The notes under the pieces are model-generated. The model was not told where the DNA came from. It did not search any database and saw nothing but the letters and a program-made list of their open reading frames with translations. A stretch of DNA of 64,000 bases from Anthoceros angustus. Its lineage: Eukaryota > Plantae > Anthocerotophyta. Below, one piece after another: positions 10,808 through 21,399 of this stretch; the first letter of the stretch is position 1, and the number at the start of each line of letters is the position of its first letter. Position numbers and translations under genes: made by a program. The stretch lies in the NCBI GenBank assembly GCA_010909165.1, contig VJWM01000044.1, positions 1,054,001-1,118,000 of the forward strand. Reading direction: 5' to 3'.

Positions 10808-11724
10808 ATGGCCCACACTATGGATGTGGACATAGAACCAATATATTGTGTGGAGCAAATTCAAATACCTGCTGGCCTCCCAGAAATGCTTAAGAACTTT
10901 GCCAAGGAAGCCATCAGATCACAGCCTCCACATCTGGAAGAATTTGCCGCAGATTATTTCAGCCTGCTCTACAAGATGACCAAATTGGACTCATCTGCTC
11001 CTCCCCCAACCTTAGTGCAGGTGCTCACTTTGCTCCTATCAACCATCTACGTAGTGCGTCACCACTATTGTCAGAAAATCTTTGTGACTACGATTTTGTC
11101 ATCTCACAGCTTCAAAGATGTTGGGAGGAGCTGCGTGGCATAGAGTTCATGAGCCAGGACGCGATAGAAAGTGCCTGTGCAGCACACGGGGTTCCTAGGG
11201 CAGCTCTGAAGAAAGTTTTCACTCTGCACGATTTCAAATCTGATCTGGTGGATCCCAAGGAGGTGGTGGTGCTTCTTCTGACGTGCCTTGCGCAGGTATT
11301 GAGATCGGTATTGGGGTCAATCAGAAACGCAAGTAGTGCTGCTCCCAGCTGTAAACAATCTTTGCTGTTGCCCAGAGCTTTGTTGCTGTATTGAGGGGCA
11401 TCTTTGAAATCTTCGGGCTAAACAACGGAGGCAAAATTTCAGTGGCTCTCTTCCTCAAGTTACTGTCTTTCTTATCTAAGCGAGACAGGGACATCACCCC
11501 ACAGTGCATTTCCAACCTCACGGCAGAGCTGTAAGTTGCATACGTGATTCATGTGCTAATTCAGGCCTCGACTGCACTGTTTGCGGGCACTGTGGTCTGA
11601 ACTGGTTCTTCGTTATTACAGGCTGGTTCCAGGTGATAAACCACCGGAAATAACTTACACTCAAGTGAAGAATAGCCCCCACATGCTACACTTTTTTGTT
11701 ACTCCAAGTGGAGGTCCAGTATAG
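10808..11724 (+). CDS. RSP11: Radial spoke protein 11 / ropporin-1-like (RIIa docking domain); exons 10808-11020, 11110-11295, 11376-11530, 11622-11724
   Basis: N-terminus EPIYCVEQIQIPAGLPEMLKNFAKEAIRSQPPHLEEFAADYF matches the RIIa domain of Chlamydomonas RSP11 and ROPN1L as recalled. Later exons (SFVAVLRGIFEIF..., ITYTQVKNSP) also track RSP11. Splicing is in phase. Confidence 0.85.
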
Positions 11725-12354
11725 CCAACAGACACCGTGCTTCTCACGTGTAGAACACGAGCAGAACTATTCACCTGCAGACCCAGGTACGAGCTACGCA
11801 TCCCTACAGCACTGATGGCCATTCCTGCAAACGGCGGGGCAGTTGCCCAGGACCACTAACGCCTTGGTGGCCTTAGTGTAGCTAATTCTGGTAAAGATCA
11901 AGCAGCCTTACACGACGTTTCGGGCATTAACATGCCAAAGATTGACTAGGAAAAATGGACCTTTTCAATATACACCGCGGACAAGTTATAACCAATGCCC
12001 ACCAAGGGAGCCACCTCGTAGCCGATTTCACTTGTAACTGTTGTAACTTTGTTGCATGGATGCACCTTTGGTGGATTCATGCAAAACTGCCAAGATGAAA
12101 CCACGGTCCAGAATGGAAATAGAAACAAATGTCCAGCCATTTGTTCAGATCACCTGCAGCGATGTTCACAAGATCTGATCTTAGAGGGGGAGAGGGAGCA
12201 GACACAGTCAACAGCTGAAGATGTCAAGTGACCATGAAGATGAACAGAAGCAGATACTGACCTAGTGTGCAGCCGGAGCTGGTACAGCATTATGCTAAGG
12301 AACCCGCACGCACAGCAGTGGTGCTACAGAGGCAACAGCAAGACCACCACTATT

Positions 12355-15204
12355 TTAGCCTGCAAGCACTTGATCAGTTCTTGAGCTCCCTCGTCTCATC
12401 CGAGTGAGGTAATCACTATAAGTGACGTAGTCGGGGACAAAATTCTTGTATTTCATCTCCCTGAACAGTTGCAAAGCTTCCCTTGTCTGACCTGCTTGCC
12501 TTAGATAATGTACAAGAGTGTGGTAAGTGACAGCACTTGGATTACATCCTCTTCTGTTCATGTCCTTCAGGAGTTTGATGCCTTCCTCTGATCGACCACA
12601 CTTGCAGAGCCCATCTATCAGGGTATTGTATGTCACTGCGTCGGGCACACAGCCCTTTTCCTTCATCTCCGAAAATAGACCATATGCCTCAGAAATAGAC
12701 CCTCCCTTCACATACCCGTGGATGAGAGAGCTGTAAGCAATGAGGTCTGGAGTCCATCCGACCTCTTTCATCTGCTGAAACAACCTGTATGCTTCATCTG
12801 CCTTCCCCAGAGCACCAAAACCAGAGATGAGTGTAGTGTATGTTATCAGATCAGGAAGTGGACCCCTTGTTTTCATGCGCTCAAAGATAGTGCAGGCTTC
12901 ATCTAGCCGTGATACTTTCACAAGTCCAGAAAGTAACACATTATAACTGACCACGTCAGGAAGACATCCTTTTCTTTCCATAAGTGCAAACATATCCCAA
13001 GCTTGCCCAGCTTGATCACTCCTGCACAAGAGATCAATCATGGGGCTATACGTAATGACATCAGGTGGACAACCAGCAGTCTGCATCTGTTCAAAGAGTG
13101 TACAGGCTGCATCAATATTACCCGCTCTCGCTGCACCAGCAATGAGTGCATTATAGCTGACAACGTCAGGAGTGACTCCTATCTGTTTCATTTCCTCAAA
13201 CAGTTGCTCTGCTCTGTCAAAGTCACCAGCCTTTCCAAACCCATCCAACAAAGTATTAAACATGATGAGATTGGGAACAACACCCCCCTCTCGGATCTCT
13301 TCATACAGCTTGTGGGCCGCTTCCATACGGCCAACCTTGCTAAGCCCGTTCATGATGGTACTGTACATTACTACATCAGGGGAATTACCACTAGCCTTTA
13401 AGCCATCCAAGAACTTCAATGCCTGGTCGGCATTACCAGCACTACAAAACCCATTGATGAGAGTGCCATAGGTGAAATGGTCTGGGGCACAGCCACTCTT
13501 CTTCATGTCCTCAAATAAAGTCAGGGTCTCATCCAATCTTCGTTGCTTGAGGAGGCCATGAAATAATGAGTTGTAAGTGTAGACATCTGGCTTGCAGCCC
13601 TGCAATTCCATGGCTGTAAACAGATTCTGCGCTTCAGCAACCTTGCCAGCTTTGCCAAGTCCCATGATCATCGTATTGTATGTGATTGCATCAGGGGTGC
13701 ATCCCGCTCTCTGCATATCCTCAAAGATGCAACTTGCTTGTGATACATCACCTGCCTTCAAACACCCATTAAGCAGGGTGTTGTACGTTGTTAGGTTAGG
13801 TGCAAAACCATATCTTTCATTCATGTCTGCAAAAAACTTTGCAGCTTCAGCATATCGACCAGCTTTGCTTAGAATGTGGATTACAATGTTGCATGTCGTT
13901 GCATTTGGCAGACACTGCTTCTCCCTCATGTCTGTAAAAAGACCTAGAGCCTCATCCGTCCGTCCTACTTTACCAAGCCCAGATATCAAGGAATTGTAGA
14001 CAAGCGAGTCCCCAGCCATGCCCTTTTCCCTCATTTCCTCGAAGTATCTCCAGGCATCATCAAGTCTGCATACATTGACAAGCATGGAAATGATAGTGCT
14101 GTATGCAACTACACTGTTGGCCGCCCCCACTTGTTTCATCTTGTCAAACAACTTACAACCTTCGTCAACCCTGCCAGCCTGACCTAGTCCATGCACCATA
14201 CTCGTGTAGAGAATCTCATCAGCAGCCACACCTTGACTCTCCATTTCCTCCAAGAGGCTAAACGCTGTGTCTATCAAACCAGCTCGAACATACCCATTGA
14301 TCAGAGCACTGTGTGTCCTCAGAGTCGGAGCACAGCCCACACCCTTCATCTTTCTAAACACATCATGAGCCGAGTCCAACTTCCCTGACTTGGCATACCC
14401 AGTTATCACCACAGTGTACGTGTACACATCAGGCTGGACACCATCCTTCGACATCTGCTCAAACATCCTGCTGGCTGTCCCAAAATCACCCCCCTTCACC
14501 AGCAAATTGATAAGACAATTGTACGTCAGAGTGCTAGGTCTGCTGTGATGCCGCAGTCTGTCGAAAGCCCTGACGGCGCCCCTGTAATTCTTAGCCCTCG
14601 CAAAGGAAGTGAGAACAGTTGTCACTGTGACTTCACTTAGCTTCTTCGACACAGATGCCAGCTGCTTCACCATCTCCCACATGGAATCATACAGACGAGC
14701 ATTCCCCAGCTTCTCGATCATCACAGTATACGTGAAGTCGTCATGCTGGAATCCCTCCTGGTCACCGGCCCATAGGAAAAAGCTGAGAGCCACATTAACA
14801 TCCCTGTGGGTTTTGATCACCTGACAGACATACCGAGGGTCCACGAAGCCGACTTGTTCTAAAGCAGCTAACGTTTTGGGTCCCCATTTCAGCTGCTCAA
14901 GTATGCCATTCACAAGATCCACCACCCTGGAAGCGTTAGATACTTCAGCCACTGAATAGAAGCATCTTCCAAGCCCAGGATAGCTGGAATACAGGCCAGA
15001 TTCCTCCCTCCTCCCGGAAACTCCACCGTCCATGGATGAGAAACTTGCTGGATGGCCCTCATTGCGGGGATCAACAGAAGGTGTGCGTGCAAAACCTGTG
15101 GAACTGGAATTCACGCAGTCAGATTGTGGGAACAGTCTGCCCATAACCACCGGAACAACCTGCTTCTTCAACGACTTCACCGGGCCTCTCAGCTTATCCA
15201 GCAT
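12355..15204 (-). CDS. P-class pentatricopeptide repeat protein, ~21-22 repeats, intronless
   Basis: 949-aa ORF with regular 35-aa motifs (PDVxTYNxLIxGLxKxG) and the typical ALSFFLWAGDQEGFQHD leader. An in-frame stop upstream at 15253-15255 fixes the start. Confidence 0.95.
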   Translation of the reverse strand: MLDKLRGPVKSLKKQVVPVVMGRLFPQSDCVNSSSTGFARTPSVDPRNEGHPASFSSMDGGVSGRREESGLYSSYPGLGRCFYSVAEVSNASRVVDLVNGILEQLKWGPKTLAALEQVGFVDPRYVCQVIKTHRDVNVALSFFLWAGDQEGFQHDDFTYTVMIEKLGNARLYDSMWEMVKQLASVSKKLSEVTVTTVLTSFARAKNYRGAVRAFDRLRHHSRPSTLTYNCLINLLVKGGDFGTASRMFEQMSKDGVQPDVYTYTVVITGYAKSGKLDSAHDVFRKMKGVGCAPTLRTHSALINGYVRAGLIDTAFSLLEEMESQGVAADEILYTSMVHGLGQAGRVDEGCKLFDKMKQVGAANSVVAYSTIISMLVNVCRLDDAWRYFEEMREKGMAGDSLVYNSLISGLGKVGRTDEALGLFTDMREKQCLPNATTCNIVIHILSKAGRYAEAAKFFADMNERYGFAPNLTTYNTLLNGCLKAGDVSQASCIFEDMQRAGCTPDAITYNTMIMGLGKAGKVAEAQNLFTAMELQGCKPDVYTYNSLFHGLLKQRRLDETLTLFEDMKKSGCAPDHFTYGTLINGFCSAGNADQALKFLDGLKASGNSPDVVMYSTIMNGLSKVGRMEAAHKLYEEIREGGVVPNLIMFNTLLDGFGKAGDFDRAEQLFEEMKQIGVTPDVVSYNALIAGAARAGNIDAACTLFEQMQTAGCPPDVITYSPMIDLLCRSDQAGQAWDMFALMERKGCLPDVVSYNVLLSGLVKVSRLDEACTIFERMKTRGPLPDLITYTTLISGFGALGKADEAYRLFQQMKEVGWTPDLIAYSSLIHGYVKGGSISEAYGLFSEMKEKGCVPDAVTYNTLIDGLCKCGRSEEGIKLLKDMNRRGCNPSAVTYHTLVHYLRQAGQTREALQLFREMKYKNFVPDYVTYSDYLTRMRRGSSRTDQVLAG

Positions 15205-15705
15205 CCTGTTCAGCCAGTTATCCCCTTGCAGGGAACTTCCGGTTCGCGATCATTACATCAATTTCCGCTGCGAGGTAGTTTGGTTTCGGATAATTAGGGC
15301 ACTTGTTGTTGCTAGGGCGCAGGAGGTAGAAGTCAAATCGGTGTCCACCCTCATGGTAGTTCGTTAAGAATAGTATTTTGCCCTGTAGACACTGCTAAAC
15401 GTTTTTTTGGGAGGAGCCGGCAAGGGTGCTTTCTTCTTTTGGCCTTCTCCCTGCCCTCTCCCTTCCTCATCCCCTCATCCTTTACCAAGCCCTGGAACGG
15501 ATGGAGATCTGGAAGCTTCCTAGAGCCGGTGAAGTGCTGGTTGCGACCTGCCAGCAGCGCGGCTGAATCTGCTTGCTGCACCAGCTCCATGTCGATTTGC
15601 TTCCTTCATCTGCTGGGTTCAAATCGTTTGCCAAATATTTTGTACAGCTTTGGTTGCCGTTGCATTTCCTGGTAGTCCTTTAACCTGCATCCTGACAACA
15701 GAGTG

Positions 15706-16314
15706 ATGGCTGACGAGATCCCTCAAGCCGAGATCCCTCAAGCTGAGGACAAGATCGAAGCCAAGGTCACAGGTCAGGGACCACTGGCCGTGGACGTGAG
15801 TACCAAGACACCGGATGACGCGGTCTCCGGCGAGAAAGAGTCGCCGGAATCGCAGGAGGTTCGGATTGTGTTTAAGTTTGTTGATGAAAACTCAGATGGA
15901 AAAATCTCTCGTGTGGAGCTGGCGAACTTCCTCAAGAAGCTGGAGCACTCTAACCTCACGGACAGGCAGATAGACTGTCTGTTGAAAGTGTACGACGAGA
16001 ATGGGAGCGGGCATTTGGAGTTCGACGAATTCCTTAAGCTCTACCGCTCTTTGAAGGAGGGGGAGGACGAGGATGGGACGGCGGTGCGCGACGAGGAGGA
16101 GCTCTTCCATGATGCCTTCAATGTGTTCGACAGGAACAAGGACGGGCTCATTAGCCCCGCCGAGCTGCAGCTCATTGTCCAGAGCCTGAATCTGGGGAAG
16201 GGCAAGACCCCCTGCGATTTCAGCGCTATGATTCAGGCTGTGGATACCAACGGTGATGGCTTTGTTGATATCAAGGAGTTCACCAAATTGATGCAGAGCA
16301 GCCTCTACTCATGA
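15706..16314 (+). CDS. Calmodulin-like protein, 4 EF-hands, intronless; paralog of 2959-3780
   Basis: Loops DENSDGKISRVE, DENGSGHLEFDE, DRNKDGLISPAE and DTNGDGFVDIKE. Clear colinear similarity to the first CML. Confidence 0.93.
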   Translation: MADEIPQAEIPQAEDKIEAKVTGQGPLAVDVSTKTPDDAVSGEKESPESQEVRIVFKFVDENSDGKISRVELANFLKKLEHSNLTDRQIDCLLKVYDENGSGHLEFDEFLKLYRSLKEGEDEDGTAVRDEEELFHDAFNVFDRNKDGLISPAELQLIVQSLNLGKGKTPCDFSAMIQAVDTNGDGFVDIKEFTKLMQSSLYS

Positions 16315-16559
16315 ACAGCGACTTGTGTTTTATCGAAGGTTCAGCAGAATGTTGGAGCTTCGATTTCGCTGTCACCTTGTCACGGTCAGCATGACTTGCC
16401 GTACCAGCGTCGTGTTGTCCAGTCCGACAAGTTATCGTCTCAGTACGGGACAAATGTGAAAGTTTCATGCAAATTTTCGGATGCAGAAACTTTCCTTGCC
16501 TTGAAATAACGACGAACTCCGCCTCTAAAGTCACCAAGGTCATTCACCTCTATTATAGA

Positions 16560-18210
16560 CTAGCTATTTGCAGGCTTGGTTTCAGACTTGGGCTCGTTTT
16601 CGGACTCTGGCTCGTTTTCGGACTTGGGCTCGTTTTCGGACTTGGGCTCGTTTTCCGACCTGGGCTCGGTTTCAGGAGCCTCTGACGTCAACTGCCGGAG
16701 GTTGTATTTGGCCAGCTCCTTAAACCTATGCACCACTCCGACGACGCAGGCTGTCTGTTGAACAGATTCACGATTTTCAGTCAGCAGTCAGGAAAAACGA
16801 CAGCAACTTGATCTGAGAGAAAAACGACTTCGTGCATACATACCTTCACAACCTGCACTAGAATGGTTTTGTCAGGGTTCTTCAAATCAACTGAATGAGG
16901 CTCTGGAACGAGCCCTGCCACTGCCTTAATGAGCTCCATCTTGTCGATTGTCGTGTTTGCACGTGATTCACATACGATGGCAAACTGCGTAGATTGTTTC
17001 ACCAGGACAAGTGATTCAAGAATGTCAAGGATTTAAAGATGAGCACCGAAAGGCTTGAACATACCTTCAACGGTTTCTGCTCTGGGCCGCTTGGGAAGTG
17101 GTGCAAGATGAGAGCCTTGGCACCCCGTTCAACCTCTGCTTTAGAAGCATACATCGTAACTTCTGCAGGCATCAATCTGAGGCAAAATCTGCGACATGCC
17201 CGAAGAATCGTCTCAAAAGACTCAAAAATATCCTCGGTGTCCCTGAGCTTTGCATGCTGCAGTGGCTTCCAACTTAAAGCTACATATGCGCTTGGCTGGC
17301 AATGAACGTGGGCATCTGGCTTGCTGAAGACCTACCTGGTACAGGTCTTCTTTGTGTCGGCAGCATCTTGCACAACTGCTTCCACTAGCTGTACAGGGGT
17401 AGGCCCTGCTGAGCTAGATTTGCGCATGCGAATGAAGACTATGCCATGACAGCCTGTTTCAAAACCAGAAAACCGGTCCTGCTTGCACGCACCAATCCGT
17501 CAGAAGACTTGAATTCAAGCAAACACAACAAGATTCTAAGCAGGAAAGGCTCCCAGGGCGTTACCTTCGTTTTCTCCCGAATTTCTTTCAATTCAGCTTC
17601 GAGAAGGTCGTCGATTCCCCTTGCTCTTTCTGGGCCACTTGCATGTCTGACCTTGGTTTGCTTCCCCTCACCCTCTTCGGCACCGTCGGAGTCAGAGTCC
17701 TCAGAACATGAAGAGGCCTCCTGATCCGCAGCCTTTTCACCCTTGCCGTCTCTGTTCTGGCCACCATCCTCTTGAAGTTTCTCCCAAAACTGCACTGGTC
17801 AACCTGTTTCATCAGAGACATGCAGCCACCGGTCTCATTGCTGCAGCGCACAGTATTTCCTACACCTAGACCACTGGAAATGATATCTGTAGTAGGTAGA
17901 AGGGGTCTTCCATCTGCTGGAGCAGAACCGTACCGTTTCTAGCATGCTGATAGCCTCTCTCACGCTCTGACGCTCCTTCCCCCCCACGCAGGTAATCAAA
18001 AACCCTTGAAGTCCAGCAGAAATACCTGCCTTGCGTCCCCCAACCTGTTGCCATTCTCAAGGTTAACCACTGCTGGCCCTTGGTTCACCGGCGTGAGCTT
18101 TGCAACAAACCAAGATGGAGCCAAAAAGGGAGCAGAAAGCCCACATGAGGTAGGAACTTGGCCCGCTTTCGCTTCCTGTCACTGGCCGCCTTTGTCATTT
18201 TTGGAGGCAT
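16560..18210 (-). CDS. THUMPD1: THUMP domain-containing protein 1 (TAN1-like)
   Basis: Spliced pieces MPPKMTKAASDRKRKRAKFLPH, GLQGFLITCVGGKERQSVREAISMLE, DDLLEAELKE, MELIKAVAGLVPEPHSVDLKNPDKTILVQVVK and TACVVGVVHRFKELAKYNLRQL. Confidence 0.85.
16575..16675 (-). repeat. 18-bp coding tandem repeat, (SENEPK)x5, at the THUMPD1 C-terminus
   Basis: CTTGGGCTCGTTTTCGGA occurs about 5 times on the + strand and reads in frame in the last exon. Confidence 0.85.
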
Positions 18211-18440
18211 CGCACCTTGGAGACCCTGCACTACAAATTGGTGAAGCTCTGGATTTGACAGAACGCTTTGCTCCTGGTTCGCAAAACCCTACGTTCCCGT
18301 CAAGCTCAAGCTTGGGACGGAAAGCACGTCTGACCCGAAGAGCTCGCTCAAGTGATGAAGCTTCGGTCAAACCTTGGTCCCCTTGATGGGTTTCTTTGCG
18401 TTGCAATTTTGGGCCTAGTTGCCTACCAATTTGGGAATTC

Positions 18441-19820
18441 ATGACAGCTCCCATGATCTTTGCGGCGGATCGGTCCCATTGGGCTGGACTTGTTTGCTTC
18501 CAGGGGATGCGGGCCAGGAGTAGCGTCCAGCAGGGCCTGTGTCTCATTCGCACCTTGGCAGCGTGGAGATCAGGAAGCTGCTTGCCATCGCTGAAGCCAT
18601 GTAATCAGGTTCCGATTCGATGCCGGCCTTGGGCACCTCGGCCACATACTGTGCCACCCCTGCCCGCCAGGAGGTGCTCGAATGCTTCAGCGTGGGAGCA
18701 TGCTGGGGAGGACAGGGAGGAACTGGAATATGCGGAGCGGGAGCAGGAGCAGGACCAAGAGCAAGAGGACGCAGCCACCGGGGCTCATGAGAACGGGAGC
18801 TCTTCATCGAAGCAAGCGAAATGCACTACTACCCTCGTAGATTATCTAAGCCTCACAGACAAGGAACTGCTGACACAGTGCGTAGTGGACACTTTCAGGG
18901 CGTCGGGGCCTGGCGGGCAGCACCGGAACAAGACTGACAGTGCTGTCAGGTTGAAGCATTCCCCAACTGGGCTTGGAGGACAGGTTGGTCTCCTACCCGC
19001 CATTCCCCTTCTCTCCTTTTCGGCCTTCAGAAGACGAGGGTGGCTAAGATTTGAACTGCGGATGCTCTGTGTGACAGGCGTCAGATGAGCGTTCCCAGCA
19101 TGTCAACAAGCTGCTGGCTTTGGACAGGCTTCGGCAGTCGATTGCTTCCAAAGGTTAGTGAAACATGCAGCAGACTCATCTCTTCATGCACGCCTCGATT
19201 TCTGCAGTCTGCTAAATATGCTTGTGCTCTGTCTCGGTTAGTCAGACGACCTGTGGATCTAGCGAACTACGCGCCGCCTCCTGAGCTTCTCATAATCTTG
19301 CCACCAGCTTCCACCGTGAAGAAGGAACATGGAGTTCGCCAACAGATAGGGCCAAAAAACAAAAGCTATGTCCTTGTAAGATCTCTCACATCCCGGCTTT
19401 TCTGCTCCTCCCTTTTCCTGCAACAGCCACTCATCTCTGTGCGTGCAAGTGCAGGGCATGCAAGCGCTGTTAGACCTGCTGTATGCTGCCAACGGCTCTG
19501 TATCAGAAACTGCTGTACCACTGGGGTCAGTGTTCTGACCCGTCATTGTAGCAGCTTCCACAATTCTAGGTTGCAGAAAGATTGGGTGGTACCATCCTTC
19601 TATTGATTTGTGCCGTCTGTTGAATCCAGATTAAGCACGGGTATGCTGTCGAAACTGATCACTTCAGATAAGACGTTGTGGGTAGCTGCGAATGCAATCC
19701 GAGCTGAAAAGGTCATAACTTTCGCTGATTTCCGGCACATCCTTCATGCTGCTTCTTCTTCTCTGGACCCTCATGGAGCAGGGTTGTTGGTCTGCGCAGG
19801 GTCTGAAGCCATTGCGGTAG
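18441..19820 (+). CDS. Class I peptide chain release factor-like (GGQ) protein, probably organellar
   Basis: Motifs [82 protein letters not shown] and GLKPLR*. The start codon is uncertain. Confidence 0.85.
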
Positions 19821-20247
19821 ATGCGACTGCCATTATTTAGCATTCTGTAGGTTGTAATAGTTTCAACAAGACATTCCTAATGAGAAAAACGGTCTCAATA
19901 ATTCAGTAATTATTCGGTCAATCTCCATGCCGAGCTTCGGGTCGGCACTGCGTTATCAGGAAACTCCTCCCCTGCGATTTACGTGTATGCCCAACGCGCG
20001 CTTCCAGTCCGAATCATCCTGCGATTGCGGAAGAATGAGGCTCTCACGAATGAAGTTAGGGCTCGCAACTCTGGAATGACTGCGCTCTACGTTCATAACC
20101 TGAAGGATTTCTTGGTATGTTTGGCGGCGATGGACAATCGGATGTCTTTGTTTCTGTCCATCGTCTACTAGGTAGTGTGGTGACTCCAACTGTGCAGAAT
20201 GACAGACTTTGGTGGCCCGAGCATTTGAGGTGGGAGAGGTAGGCGCA

Positions 20248-20793
20248 ATGTTCACCAACGCGGTTCGGTGTTTGGCAAAGAAAGTAACACCGCGGGGGCC
20301 GCGAGTAGTACAGCCCAAGGCGGACCAGGTAGGGTTAGCGGACATTGTTCGGGGAGTTCTGCGGGAGCATGGCCCCATCACCGTTACTGACTGCTGGAAG
20401 CACGCTCAGGTGGATGACCCAATTGAATTCATGCCCTTGCCCATCATCTTGCTTGAGGGTTGGCATTGTGAACAATTTGATAAGTAGGGACGCGTAAGGA
20501 GTTGCCAATTGTTAAACTACCAAAAACGCTGCTGACGGCCTTTCTTGTGTTGTTTCTTGGGTTTTCAGCAAGAGGGAGTCAAGAGCAAGAGGCAAATGAA
20601 GCTCATGCTCCGTTGGCTTAAGGCGAGGGACGATCTTAAGGTCACGTGCAATCATCTGGGCGCTGGAGAGAAAGGGTCTTCTTCTTCCAAAGAATTCTTG
20701 TTCGCTTTGAGCACCAAAAACGCCGGGCAGCCTGCTGCTTCCGGAAAGCCTGGGTCCGGTCAGGAAGTGTCCAGTCCGCGGTTGCCTTTGTAA
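20248..20793 (+). CDS. Probable plant mitoribosomal protein mL80-like; exons 20248-20409, 20569-20793
   Basis: LREHGPITVTDCWKHAQ-QEGVKSKRQMKLMLRWLKARDDLKVTCNHLG resembles the Arabidopsis At1g73940 family as recalled from memory. One in-phase intron. Confidence 0.6.
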
Positions 20794-21399
20794 CCATCAC
20801 TCTTTGTAGCATGATCTAGTTTCCCCAGGACTTCGATTTTGTAGCAGCAATACTCTCATATTTGGCAAGACGCTGGTGTTGGCCTGTTGATCGCACTCCC
20901 ATGTTGAGCTCTTTCCGTGAGATAATATAGACTCGTGCACTCTTTACTCAGGAGAGACCAGACACAGAAGTGACGGAAGGTCCAGAGCGAATGCTCCAAA
21001 ACAAAGACGCTGGACTGCTAAAGTCTAAACTTGTTCCCTAACTAACATGGACGTTAGCCATGAGGCAAGGGCCTACTCAGGTGCAAAAATGAAAGAACAG
21101 ACGACTGCTCATTCCCAAAGGCTTCTAAACCTCAATGACACCAGTTAACTATACACAACATTGATCCCGGCCTTGTGCCAGACTTAAGTTCTTGGCGCAG
21201 GAATATCCTTTGTTTGCTACAGAAGAATGTCAGCTGCGTAACCATGTCAAAGATCGCTCCAGTCAGATCCTGATTCAGCTCGGGGTGCGGTGACGCTGAT
21301 GTTAGTGAGCGGCCCTTGTTGCTCCTAAAAATGGTTTCGTCAAAAGCCTAGATATATCTCTTCCTGGGAAAGTGCCCATGTAAACTTGTCAGATCCGAT

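Noticed and set aside
15204-15354. N-terminal extension of the PPR to ATG 15354
   Set aside because: In-frame TAA at 15253-15255 and no convincing intron.
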